Shown piece after piece: positions 23,122-32,270 of a stretch of DNA of 64,000 nucleotides. The DNA lies in the NCBI GenBank assembly GCA_963724125.1, contig CAVRTJ010000003.1, forward strand, positions 1,107-65,106. Direction: 5' to 3'. The notes below the pieces were generated by a model. That model did no database searches, was not told the DNA's origin, and saw only the letters and a program-made list of their open reading frames with translations. This stretch comes from an uncultured Acidobacteriota bacterium (GTDB taxonomy: Bacteria > Acidobacteriota > UBA4820 > DSQY01). Within the stretch, counting starts at the first letter, position 1, and each line of letters opens with the position of its first letter. The position numbers were made by a program, and so were the translations under genes.

Positions 23122-26100
23122 ATGAAAATCAAGGTCGTAATGGTAGCCGCCTGTTTCATGGCGGCCGGGGTCCTGGCGGGTGCGCAGAAGGACCAGAGCC
23201 ACCTGATGCGCTTCGCGGACGTGCACCGGGGCGCCATCGTCTTCACCTACGAGGGCGACCTGTGGCGGGTTCCGAGCCAGGGCGGGGATGCCGTGCGGAT
23301 CACCAGCGATCCCGGGCAGGAGCAATTCGCGAAGTTCAGTCCGGACGGGACCATGATCGCCTTCACGGCCAATTACGACGGCGGCACGGACGTCTACGTC
23401 ATGGACGCACGGGGCGGCGTCCCCACCCGCCTGACCTACCACCCGGCCGGCGACTACGTCCTGGGCTGGTACCCGGACGGCAGGCACATCCTCTTCAGGT
23501 CGAACCGGGAGTACCCCGACCGGGGCATGGAGATCTACAAGGTCTCCGTCGACGGGGGAATGCCCGAAAAGCTGCCGGTGGACCGGGCGGGCCTGACGGC
23601 CCTCTCGCCGGACGCCTCCATGATCGCCTACAACCGCATCAACCGCGAATTCCGCACGTGGAAGCGCCACCAGGGCGGCACGGCCCAGGACATCTGGATG
23701 GGAAGCCTCGCGAAGGGTGACTTCCACAGGATCACGGACTGGAAGGGAACGGACAGCTTCCCCATGTGGCAGGGAGATTTCATCTACTTCCTCTCCGACC
23801 GGGACGCGGGCACGCTCAACATTTTCAAATACGACGTAAAAACCGGGCAGACCACCGCGGTCACGCACTACACCGACTACGACGTGAAGTATCCGTCCAT
23901 CGGCCCCGGCGCGATCGTCTACCAGTACGGCGAGAGCCTGCACCTGCTGGACCTGGCCTCCGGGAAGAGCCGGAAGATCGACGTCCGCATCCCCAGCGAC
24001 CGGGTCCCCTTGAAAGCCGAGTACATAGATCCCGCCAAGAACACGGGCGCTTTCGGCCTGTCCCCCGACGGTAAGGGCCTGCTCCTCGAAAGCCGTGGGG
24101 AGATCCTCGTCGTCCCCGCGGACAAGGAGGACGGCCCCGCCGAGAACCTGACGCGCACCTCGGGCTCGCGCGAGAAGGACTGCGCCTGGTCGCCGGACGG
24201 AAAACACGTGGCCTTCATCTCCGACAAGACCGGCGAGGAGGAGCTTTACCTGGCCGATCCGGGCAAGCCGGGCCAGTGGAAGCAGTTGACGAAGGGCAAC
24301 AAGGGCTACCGCATGCACCTGGTCTGGTCGCCCGACTCGAAGTACATCCTCTTCGGCGACAAGTTCATGCGGCTGAACCTGCTTGACATGGCCACGGGGG
24401 CGCTGACCGTCGTGGACCGGGGGCACACGGACGACGGCTGGGACCGCTGGGGCATCCAGGACTACGTCTTCTCGCCGGACAGCCGCTGGATCGCCTATAC
24501 CAAGATGGTGGACAACACCAACGAGGTCATCTACCTATACTCGCTCGACAGCAGGAAATCCACGCCCGTGACGGACGACACGAGCGAATCGTGGAGCCCC
24601 TCCTTCGACCCCGGGGGCCGCTACCTCTATTTCCTGTCCAACCGCAGCTTCAAGCCCCTCATGGGAACCATCGACCAGGACCACGTCTTCCTGAAGCCCA
24701 CGCTGCCCTACGTCGTCATCCTCAAGAAGGGACAGGCTTCACCGTTCGATCCGCAGGCCGGAGAGACGGCTGAGAAGGCCGAAAAGGGCAAGGCCCCGGC
24801 CACGGTGGTCGACCTCGGCGACTTCAGCCGGCGGACGGTGCCCGCCGAAGGCGTCGAGCCGGGGAGTTACTTCCGCCTTGAGGCCACCGCGAACGGATTC
24901 CTCTACCTCTCCATGCCCGAGGCCGAGTTCCCCCAGCGCTACGCCGTGGTGACCGACGAGACCGCCGTGCCCAACGACCTCTTCGCCTACGATCTCAAAG
25001 ACAAGAAAGCCGCCCCGGTCATGAAGGGCATCCAGAACTACCACCTGTCCGCCGACGGCAAGAAGCTCGTCTACCACGCCGGCAAGGCCTTCGGCGTGGT
25101 CAAGGCCGGCGCCAAGGCCAAGGCCGGAGACGGCGCCGTGAACCTCTCCGCGGCCCGCTTCCGCATCGAACGGATGCCCGAATTCCGGCAGATGTTCAAC
25201 GAGGCCTGGCGCATCGAGCGCGACTGGTTCTACGACCCGGGCATGCAGGGCAACGACTGGAAGGCGATCCACGACAAGTACGGCCGCTACCTGGAAGATT
25301 GCGGCAACCGCAGCGATCTGAACTACCTCATCGGCGAGATGATCTCGGAGCTGAACATCGGCCACACCTACGTCGGGGGCGGGGACTACGGAAAACGCCC
25401 CGAGCGCGTCGGCACCGGCCTGCTGGGCTGCGACTTCAACACGCCGGCGGGCGCCGCCTTCCACAGGATCGCGCACGTCGTACCCGGCAAGCCGTGGTCC
25501 GCGTCGCTCCGCTCGCCGCTGGCCGACCCGGGGTGCCCCATTAGAGAAGGGGACTACCTGATCGCCGTGGACGGCGAAAATGTGCCCGCATCGGACAACG
25601 TGTACCGCTACCTCGACGACCGGGCGGGGCGGCTGGTCACGCTCACCTACAACTCGAAGCCCAGCGCCGAAGGGGCGAAGACCTGGCGCGTCAGGACGCT
25701 GCAGGAGCGAGTGGCCCATCCGGTACCAGCAGTGGGTGGACGGGCGCGCGGCCGAGGTGGCGAAGCTCTCGAAGGGGACCGTGGGCTACGTCCACCTGCC
25801 CGACATGATGGAGGGCGGCCTCATCCAGTTTGCGAAGGGATTCTACCCCCAGCGCAACATGAAGGCCCTACTGATCGACGTCCGCTACAACGGCGGCGGC
25901 TTCGTGGGCGACATGCTCATCGACCGGCTGGAACGGGCCGTCTGGGCCTTTACCCAGCCGCGTGAGGGCAGAACCGGGGACCAACCCGGAGATGGCCTTC
26001 CGGGGCCACCTCGCACTGCTCATCAACGCGGACACGGGCTCGAACGGCGAGTTTTTCGCGGAGGCGATCAAGGTCCGCAAGCTCGCGCGCGTCTTCGGCA

Positions 26101-26405
26101 TGCGCACCTGGGGCGGCGCGGTAGGCATCGAACCCCACCAGGACCTCGTGGACGGCGGCGGCGTCACCTCGCCTCAGTTCGGGCTCTACGGCTCGAATGG
26201 AAGGTGGCTCATCGAAGGTCACGGCGTCGATCCAGATGTCACGGTCGAGAACATGCCCGCCGACGTGCTGAGGGGCCGCGATCCCCAGCTCGAGGCCGCC
26301 GTCACGTACCTGCTGGAGGAGCTGAAGAAGGCCCCCATGGCCATCCCCGCGCACCCTCCCTACCCCGACAAGGCCCGCCCGCGCGGCTCCGACCAGACCC
26401 GCTGA
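23122..26405 (+). pseudogene. tricorn-like protease (TolB-type beta-propellers + S41 peptidase), two frame changes (~25703 and ~25965-26000)
   Basis: The gene starts with a signal peptide. FSPDG.../WSPDG... propeller repeats fill ORF 23122..25965. SEWPIRYQQWVDGRAAEVAKLSKGTVGYVHLPDM...IDVRYNGGG lies in the frame of ORF 25580. LLINADTGSNGEFFAEAIK...GVDPDV lies in ORF 25962..26405. Confidence 0.85.
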
Positions 26406-26446
26406 GCAGCGTCAATACGCGACGGCCTCAAGGAGGCCGCAACAAA

Positions 26447-26470
26447 GGGGGCGCCACGCGCCCCCTTTTC
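26447..26470 (+). terminator. Rho-independent terminator after the tricorn-like gene
   Basis: GGGGGCGC-CAC-GCGCCCCC hairpin (26447-26465) followed by TTTTC. Confidence 0.6.
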
Positions 26471-26537
26471 GCGCGTGTGCGATTACTCAAAACAGCTTTT
26501 CACAGTGAGGCGATGAGGCGGGGAGAAAAGAAATTTC

Positions 26538-26620
26538 GGAATTGGGATTTTGGATTTGGGATTTGAACTACGGCCGACGGGAGGCCGTTGTAACGGCCGA
26601 TTCCCATCGGAGAAAAGCAG
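26538..26620. repeat. mosaic intergenic repeat (GGGATTT-type heptads + GC hairpin module)
   Basis: ggaattgggattttggatttgggatttga followed by ctacggccgacgggaggccgttgtaacggccgattccc. Its reverse complement aligns with 53765-53838. Confidence 0.65.
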
Positions 26621-26627
26621 TGGGGGG

Positions 26628-27128
26628 TCACCCATTAGTCAGTAAAGGGCTTCGCAGAAGCCTGTTAAAATCCGCCGAAAGGCGGATTTTAGCGGCATCA
26701 CCCTTCTTGTCGTGCTTCCAGAGAAAGACTGCGTCTTGGAAAAACCTGTAGAACTGCTGGATGGCCGACGGCGCACCCCATATGCCTCTAGGCATAAAAT
26801 GGGAGAGAGGCTCCCATGGCCCCCAATGCGGCTTCACATCAACAGGGCATTTCCTTTTGATGGTGTAGTATGTGTAGTCTTCACCTGCCGTTTTGTCGAA
26901 CAAACCACGCTGGGGCTTGCCCGCGCCGGCAATGATGGATTGAACGATCGGGCCGTTGAGCGACGGGTTTTGCAAGTGGACGTTCCCTGTCAAGCCGTGG
27001 GCTCCGTTGAGCGAAGCGACGTAGGCCGCCTGAAGCGACAACCGCTGATGCGTCAAATCCTCGTATGAATTAACAGACATGCAGAACAACAATAAGAGAC
27101 CTACGACCAATAGTTTCCCGATTTTCAT
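26628..27128 (-). CDS. secreted hypothetical protein (166 aa)
   Basis: Signal peptide MKIGKLLVVGLLLLFCMSV. The start overlaps the stop of the upstream gene (ATGA at 27125-27128). G+C is lower than in the flanks. The last ~20 codons are encoded by the repeat hairpin at 26667-26690, so the true C-terminus is uncertain. Confidence 0.55.
   Translation of the reverse strand: MKIGKLLVVGLLLLFCMSVNSYEDLTHQRLSLQAAYVASLNGAHGLTGNVHLQNPSLNGPIVQSIIAGAGKPQRGLFDKTAGEDYTYYTIKRKCPVDVKPHWGPWEPLSHFMPRGIWGAPSAIQQFYRFFQDAVFLWKHDKKGDAAKIRLSADFNRLLRSPLLTNG
26667..26690. repeat. perfect hairpin module AAAATCCGCC-GAAA-GGCGGATTTT
   Basis: 10-bp stem. Related hairpins occur at 29826-29848 (AATTCGGCG-TTC-CGCCGAATT) and 30079-30106. 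Confidence 0.6.
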
Positions 27129-28159
27129 TCTTTCCCCCTCATACAGTCATCAACTTCGCCGCGATAGCGGGACCATTCCTTGTAATCCCAGATCAGCCAA
27201 CCTCTGGGATTCTCTTTCTCAGATCCTGAAATTGGTTCGTCAGGCAATGAAAGGGCCTCGCGTGGTGAGACTCCGAAATTCGCTAGCTTCTGTTCCATCC
27301 AGTGTCCGAGAAAGTTGAACTTCCTCAGAAAGTTCTTTTGCTCCTGAAGGCCAGCCGCATGGAACTCGGCACAGTCCAAGCTGTATTCCATTGTAGACGG
27401 GGCAAGCTTTCTGTAACCGCCTAAGAAATTAGGAAGCCGAGCATCTTGGAAGGGGGTTTCCGGCCACCGTTCCAGGTACCCGGTCAGGTCGTCGAAGAGC
27501 CTCTGCTGTTCCTGCTCGTCGCGCTTCACGCCGCCTCCGAGGTCGACGCTGCTGATTTTGACCTGCCATTCGGCCTCCGTAGCCGGCTTCTTCAGGAGGA
27601 TCCTGTAGCGGTAGCCTAGAAACGGGATGCGATAGCGCTCTACGCGGCAGTACCCTTCACTGCGCTCCGGCGACTCCCTGAACCACCACATGCCTATTTT
27701 GAAAGAGGAGGCGCCGATGTAGTCCCGCTGCCACACGCTGAGGTCGATGGAATCGAGCCACTGGAAGGGCCAGTAGACGTCTGACGCTGAAGTGTCTTTC
27801 AGCGTTGGATGGGCGAAGGCACCGGGGAATGAAAAGCGGCCGTCCGGCCCGGTCACCATCTGGGCATCGGCGCCACCGGTCCGTGCTCCATATGGACTTT
27901 CGGAATAAGTCAGGATCGGGCCGCTCGCCGATTTCTGCACGATGGCTCCCCGAATGGGCTTACCCGTGTCGATGTCGACGACCACGCCCCGCACGGGCGG
28001 GCACCACATAAAGATAAACGCGATGACGTTGTACAGGATCAGGGCCACAAGAGTGAGCTTCAGCGTCTTTGCCCACCAGCGCCCCTTGAAGGGCCACAAA
28101 AACAGCGCGGCCAGGCATCCCGGCCGGCGCTTCTTCGCGTGCGCAGTCTTGTCGCTCAT
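27125..28159 (-). CDS. membrane-anchored hypothetical protein, paralog A (344 aa from ATG 28159)
   Basis: Basic N-terminus, one TM segment (LKLTLVALILYNVIAFIFMW), then a beta-sandwich-like stretch (GVVVDIDTGKPIRGAIV...TGPDGRFSF) reminiscent of carboxypeptidase-regulatory-like domains. It has a unique 111-aa C-terminus. The start was chosen by alignment with paralog B (MSDK...). Confidence 0.6.
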   Translation of the reverse strand: MSDKTAHAKKRRPGCLAALFLWPFKGRWWAKTLKLTLVALILYNVIAFIFMWCPPVRGVVVDIDTGKPIRGAIVQKSASGPILTYSESPYGARTGGADAQMVTGPDGRFSFPGAFAHPTLKDTSASDVYWPFQWLDSIDLSVWQRDYIGASSFKIGMWWFRESPERSEGYCRVERYRIPFLGYRYRILLKKPATEAEWQVKISSVDLGGGVKRDEQEQQRLFDDLTGYLERWPETPFQDARLPNFLGGYRKLAPSTMEYSLDCAEFHAAGLQEQKNFLRKFNFLGHWMEQKLANFGVSPREALSLPDEPISGSEKENPRGWLIWDYKEWSRYRGEVDDCMRGKE

Positions 28160-28190
28160 CGATCGCCCCCTCTTGAATGGCATTGCCGGC
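27461..28190. repeat. copy A of a ~730-bp near-identical direct duplication
   Basis: Long runs are identical to 28639-29370, for example ccggtcaggtcgtcgaagagcctctgctgttcctgctcg...gatgcgatagcgctctacgcggcagtacccttcactgcgctccggcgactccctgaaccaccacatgcctattttgaaaga. Confidence 0.85.
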
Positions 28191-28424
28191 TGTCCGCCCG
28201 TCGATATCGGAACCGAAACGGCCGAGTCAGCCACTCCTCCTCAAAGCCTGCGGTCAGCCTGCGAAGAGACCGTACCCCGGACGAACACTAAACCTAAAGA
28301 CCTGACCCCATTTTCCCCATGCAATGATGGCTAGCCAGGTGCGCAAAGAACGGAACTTCATTTTGTGTCCCCCTCCTCCAGAAGAGCATTGATGATGGCC
28401 TAAATTGGTCCGCAGTTGCTGCAC

Positions 28425-29335
28425 CTAATGGTCGTAAAACTGCGCATCTATTTGCGAAAGCGCTGGCCGGGCAACCTTTTGCGAGAGAGCAACTAGAATC
28501 TCATTTCGCTTTGCATATTCTCTTAGCTGGGCCTGGTTGAATTGGCCTTCCCTCATGAGTTCCTTAATTCTTGCTGGACTGTATAGAAGGCCTGTCTTGA
28601 AGGCTCTGTACATATACTCTCCTGCCTTCTCTCCCTTTGGCCATCGTTCCAGGTAACCGGTCAGGTCGTCGAAGAGCCTCTGCTGTTCCTGCTCGTTGCG
28701 CTTCACGCCGCCTCCGAGGTCGACGCTGCTGATTTTGACCTGCCATTCGGCCTCCGTAGCCGGCTTCTTCAGGAGGATCCTGTAGCGGTAGCCTAGAAAC
28801 GGGATGCGATAGCGCTCTACGCGGCAGTACCCTTCACTGCGCTCCGGCGACTCCCTGAACCACCACATGCCTATTTTGAAAGAAGAGGCGCCGATGTAGT
28901 CCCGCTGCCACACGCTTAGGTCGATGGAGTCGAGCCATTGAAAGGGCCAGTAGACGTCGAACGCCGAAGTGTCTTTCCGCGTGGGATGGGCGAAGGCACC
29001 GGGGAAGGAGAAGCGGCCGTCCGGCCCGGTGACCATCTGGGCGTCTGCGCCGCCGGTCCTGCCCCATCCGGACTCTCCGAATAAATCAGGAACGGTCCGC
29101 TCGCCGATTTCTGCACGATGGCGCCCTGAATGGGCTTGCCCGTGTTGATGTCCACGACCACGCCCCGCACGGGCGGGCACCACATAAAGATAAACGCGAT
29201 GACGTTGTACAGGATCACGGCCACCAGGGTGAGCTTGAGGGTCTTGACCCACCAGCGGCCTCGAAAAGGCCACAAGAACAGCGCGGCCAGGCATCCCGGC
29301 CGGCGCTTCTCTTCGTGCGCAGATTTGTCGCTCAT
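28425..29335 (-). pseudogene. membrane-anchored hypothetical protein, paralog B, one frame change near 29065
   Basis: The N-terminus (MSDKSAHEEKRRPGCLAALFLWPF...KSASGPFLIYSESP) lies in ORF 28916..29335. The rest (GRTGGADAQMVTGPDGRFSF...LERWP plus a unique 70-aa tail) lies in ORF 28425..29342. There is a 1-nt length difference relative to paralog A at ~29060-29075. Confidence 0.6.
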
Positions 29336-29370
29336 CGATCACCCCTCCCTCAATGGCGTTGCGAACTCCC
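28639..29370. repeat. copy B of the ~730-bp direct duplication
   Basis: See copy A. The copies are offset by 1178 bp. The duplication covers the 5' two-thirds of both genes plus about 30 bp of leader. Confidence 0.85.
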
Positions 29371-29699
29371 CCGTCCGTTGCTGTCTTGCCGTCAGATGCG
29401 GCTCCCCTTCAATGTGTCTTGCCTACCCCCGAGAAGACGTCTACTCCGGTGATGATCAGAGAGGTTGACTGCCTTTACGCTAACCCACCGCTGTCATGTT
29501 GGCAACACAGGATGTTTATCCGGACGATGGCAGCATGTCGATGGAGAGATTGAAAGGGGATAGTGACTCTCGCAAAGACGCCGAGGGCGCAAAGGATGGA
29601 ATGGAAAAGAGGCGAGCGGGATTCTTCCGGACCGCCGGTACGAGCCCGGCCGGGCGCATTCGGCGGACGCTCGGGTCCACCCTGCGGAAGGACTCATCG

Positions 29700-29855
29700 C
29701 CGGAGAAACCGGTGCAGGGAAAGTGGATTCCCGCCTTCGCGGGAACGACGGGCGGGGTCACCGCCTTCGAAGGCCCGTCCCCAGGCGTCTTTTCCAAAAA
29801 GGAACGGCTTCGAAGAAGCCCATTTTAAAATTCGGCGTTCCGCCGAATTCCAGGG
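29700..29855. repeat. composite intergenic repeat, tandem copy 1
   Basis: gtggattcccgccttcgcgggaacgacgggcggggtcaccgccttcgaaggcccgtcccc...ttttaaaattcggcgttccgccgaattc aligns with 29955-30106. Confidence 0.65.
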
Positions 29856-29954
29856 CCTATCCGCGGATAAGGCGTGGCCGCGACGGAGGCCAACCGGGAC
29901 GTAGGGCAAGGAAAAGAAAGGTCGATGTCGGAGATCTCGGACAAGCGAGATGAC

Positions 29955-30106
29955 GCAGCCAGACGCCCGGGTGGATCCCGCCCTTGGCGCGGGTGACACG
30001 CCGGGCGGAGTCGCCGCCTTCGAAGGCAGCCGTCCCCAGTCGGCGTCTTGCCCTTCCAAAAGGGACCGGCTCGAGACCCGTTTTAAAATTCGGAGGAAGG
30101 CCGATT
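29955..30106. repeat. composite intergenic repeat, tandem copy 2
   Basis: gtggatcccgcccttggcgcgggtgacacgccgggcggagtcgccgccttcgaaggcagccgtcccc...ttttaaaattcggaggaaggccgatttta. It ends at the stop of the KamA-like gene. Confidence 0.65.
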
Positions 30107-32011
30107 TTAATAGTAGTACCAGATATTCCGATACTCGCGGATGTCCTCGCCGGCCTCCTGGAGCTGCTTGAGGTAGTCCCAGATGGCCACGTCGGTGTAG
30201 GAGTAGGGCGGGATCGCCTTGATGTTCTTCTCCCAGGGGTGGAACTCGTAGACGCGCCGGCCGTCGGGCAGGATCATCACCACCCTGTGGTCCTGCCAGG
30301 ACCGCAGGTGGTTCTTGCCCAGGCGCGGCACGTTGAAGACGGGCTCGTCGGTCCGGTCCAGGCCGGGCAGGAGCCTGGCCTCCTCCTTGCGCTCCTGGAG
30401 CAGGCGGGCGATGGGCACGCGGTAGTCCCGCGTCTCCTCCTTGCCCTTGGCGTTGAAGGTGTAGTAGGGGTCGACCCCGATGGACCTGAGCGCGCGCCTT
30501 AAGGCCACGAGTTCGAACCGGCGGCTGTTGGAGAAGGTGAAGACGGTCTGGTTGTAGACGCCGATACCCTTCCGCAGGATGCGCTGGACGGCCTCGCAAG
30601 CCTCGGGCGTCACCTCGTAGGAGTGTTCGAAGTGGGTGACCACCGCGATCTCGCGCTTGCCGAGTTCGTGATAGCGCTCGAGGATGGCGCACCAGTCGTC
30701 GGTGATCCTCTGGGGCAGAACCACGGGCACGCGGGTCCCGATGCGGATGCGCCGCACGTGCGGCATGGAAGCGACCTCGGACAGGATCCATTCCATCATG
30801 TCGTCGGCCATGACGCCCGGGTCGCCGCCCGTGATCAGAACGTCGGCGATGGAGGGGTGGTCGCCCAGCCAGGCCAGGGCCTCGGCGATTCTCTTCTTCG
30901 GCGACAGCGCGTTCTCGTCGAGGACGTCCTGGATCTCCCAGTTGCGCTGGCAATAGACGCAGATCTGGGCGCACGTGTTGTAGGGCTTCACGATGGCGAT
31001 CTTGGGATAGCGGCGAGTGATCAGGTCGATGGGCGAGGTGTCGTGTTCGCCCATGAAGTCGAGCGCCTGGTTCAAGTCCTGCCTGTGCGTCTTCACGCCT
31101 CTGACGTACGAGGCCGGAGGAATGACCTGCATTCGCACGGCGTAATCGAACCGGCGGCTCGTGTCGTTGTCCATGAGGTGGGCGTAATAGGGCGTGACCC
31201 CAAAGGGGATGTGGAGTTCCCTGGCCTCCTTGACGGCCGTTTTCTCTTCCGCCGTGAGAGGCGTGACCGACGCCAGGGTATCGGCGTCCCTGATCACGTG
31301 CTTCAGGTGCCAGTGGTAGTCGTTCCAGTCTTCCTCCGTGCCCCCGAAGTGTTCGAGGATCTTGCGCTTGCGCTCCTTGCGGAGCTGGACCACCCCGGGA
31401 TCGTAGCCGGACGGAAACCGCCGGATCTGCATCTCGATGGACCGGCCCTCCTCGTCCAGCACCTCGCTGCGGACCTGGGCGGCTTCCCGGCCGTTCATGG
31501 AAATGAAGGCGGGCACTTCCTTCCTGCATACGCCGGAAGGCGAATAGATCCCCGAGAGGCCCGCCACCCCCTTGAACAGGTGGATGAACTCCAGGACGAA
31601 GCCCCTGGAGAGGTCCGCCTCGGACCGGTCGAGCTCGCCCCGCGCGAGCATCCACAGCGTTCTTATCGCGCTGAATCCCGTCCTCTTTTCATTGATGGGT
31701 CCGATAACGCTCATGAAGACGCGGATGCACTCCCTGACGTTGGCCTTCTCCAGGGGGTGGATGTCGTTGTCCAGGGCGAAAACCCATCGTTCCTGGTCGT
31801 TCAGGTAGTCAAAGAGCCTCTCGCGCGCAGATTCGACGGATCGGGCACGCTTCAGAAGCCGGTAGATTCTGGGATTGGCCATCCAGAGTTCGCTGAGGTC
31901 CTCGGACTTGATGGCTTCGATCTCGCCGGGGGGGAGTTCGAAACGGTCGTGAAACACGTCTCCGGCAAGAACCTCTGTAGACACAATCTCATTATACAAG
32001 TCGATGGCCAT
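30107..32011 (-). CDS. KamA-family radical SAM aminomutase-like protein (long form, 634 aa)
   Basis: Radical SAM motif NTCAQICVYCQRNW. Also ITGGDPGVM, HVRRIRIGTRVPVVLPQRI, THFEHSYE, VYNQTVF, DPYYTF and VFNVPRLGKN, typical of lysine/glutamate 2,3-aminomutase relatives. There is a ~290-aa N-terminal extension of unknown function. Confidence 0.85.
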   Translation of the reverse strand: MAIDLYNEIVSTEVLAGDVFHDRFELPPGEIEAIKSEDLSELWMANPRIYRLLKRARSVESARERLFDYLNDQERWVFALDNDIHPLEKANVRECIRVFMSVIGPINEKRTGFSAIRTLWMLARGELDRSEADLSRGFVLEFIHLFKGVAGLSGIYSPSGVCRKEVPAFISMNGREAAQVRSEVLDEEGRSIEMQIRRFPSGYDPGVVQLRKERKRKILEHFGGTEEDWNDYHWHLKHVIRDADTLASVTPLTAEEKTAVKEARELHIPFGVTPYYAHLMDNDTSRRFDYAVRMQVIPPASYVRGVKTHRQDLNQALDFMGEHDTSPIDLITRRYPKIAIVKPYNTCAQICVYCQRNWEIQDVLDENALSPKKRIAEALAWLGDHPSIADVLITGGDPGVMADDMMEWILSEVASMPHVRRIRIGTRVPVVLPQRITDDWCAILERYHELGKREIAVVTHFEHSYEVTPEACEAVQRILRKGIGVYNQTVFTFSNSRRFELVALRRALRSIGVDPYYTFNAKGKEETRDYRVPIARLLQERKEEARLLPGLDRTDEPVFNVPRLGKNHLRSWQDHRVVMILPDGRRVYEFHPWEKNIKAIPPYSYTDVAIWDYLKQLQEAGEDIREYRNIWYYY

Positions 32012-32270
32012 GGGTCACTCCTTTCCAGGGTGGTTTTTCGGTGCGCCGCGGATAATACGTGGTAGCTACTGCCGAAAGGTGCGGCCGAGGCAATTAGATC
32101 ACTGTAATAATATAACACCCGCACGCCGCCTGTGTCGACCCGACGGAGCCCTTTTCCAGGGACCATCGCGGAAAAAAAGCCTCAGCAACCATTGACCATT
32201 CTTAGATCCTAAAAGGCCGGATCCAAGAAGAATGACCACCCCAGCGATGTTCCGAACGGGCAGGCGGGCC

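Noticed and set aside
26538-26566. Heptamer tracts (GGGATTT, CCTTTNG, GTCGATG) as a possible CRISPR array or telomere-like repeat. One example is CTAAGGGCTAAAGG at 56690-56712.
   Set aside because: The units are 7 nt, directly abutting, and present in only 2-5 copies with no spacers. There are no cas genes in the window. The resemblance to TTAGGG-type repeats is partial. I report them as a dispersed repeat family instead.
29694-32065. 653-aa minus-strand and 480-aa plus-strand ORFs overlapping the KamA-like gene.
   Set aside because: These are shadow ORFs of high-GC coding sequence. Only frame 30107..32011 carries the radical SAM/KamA motifs.
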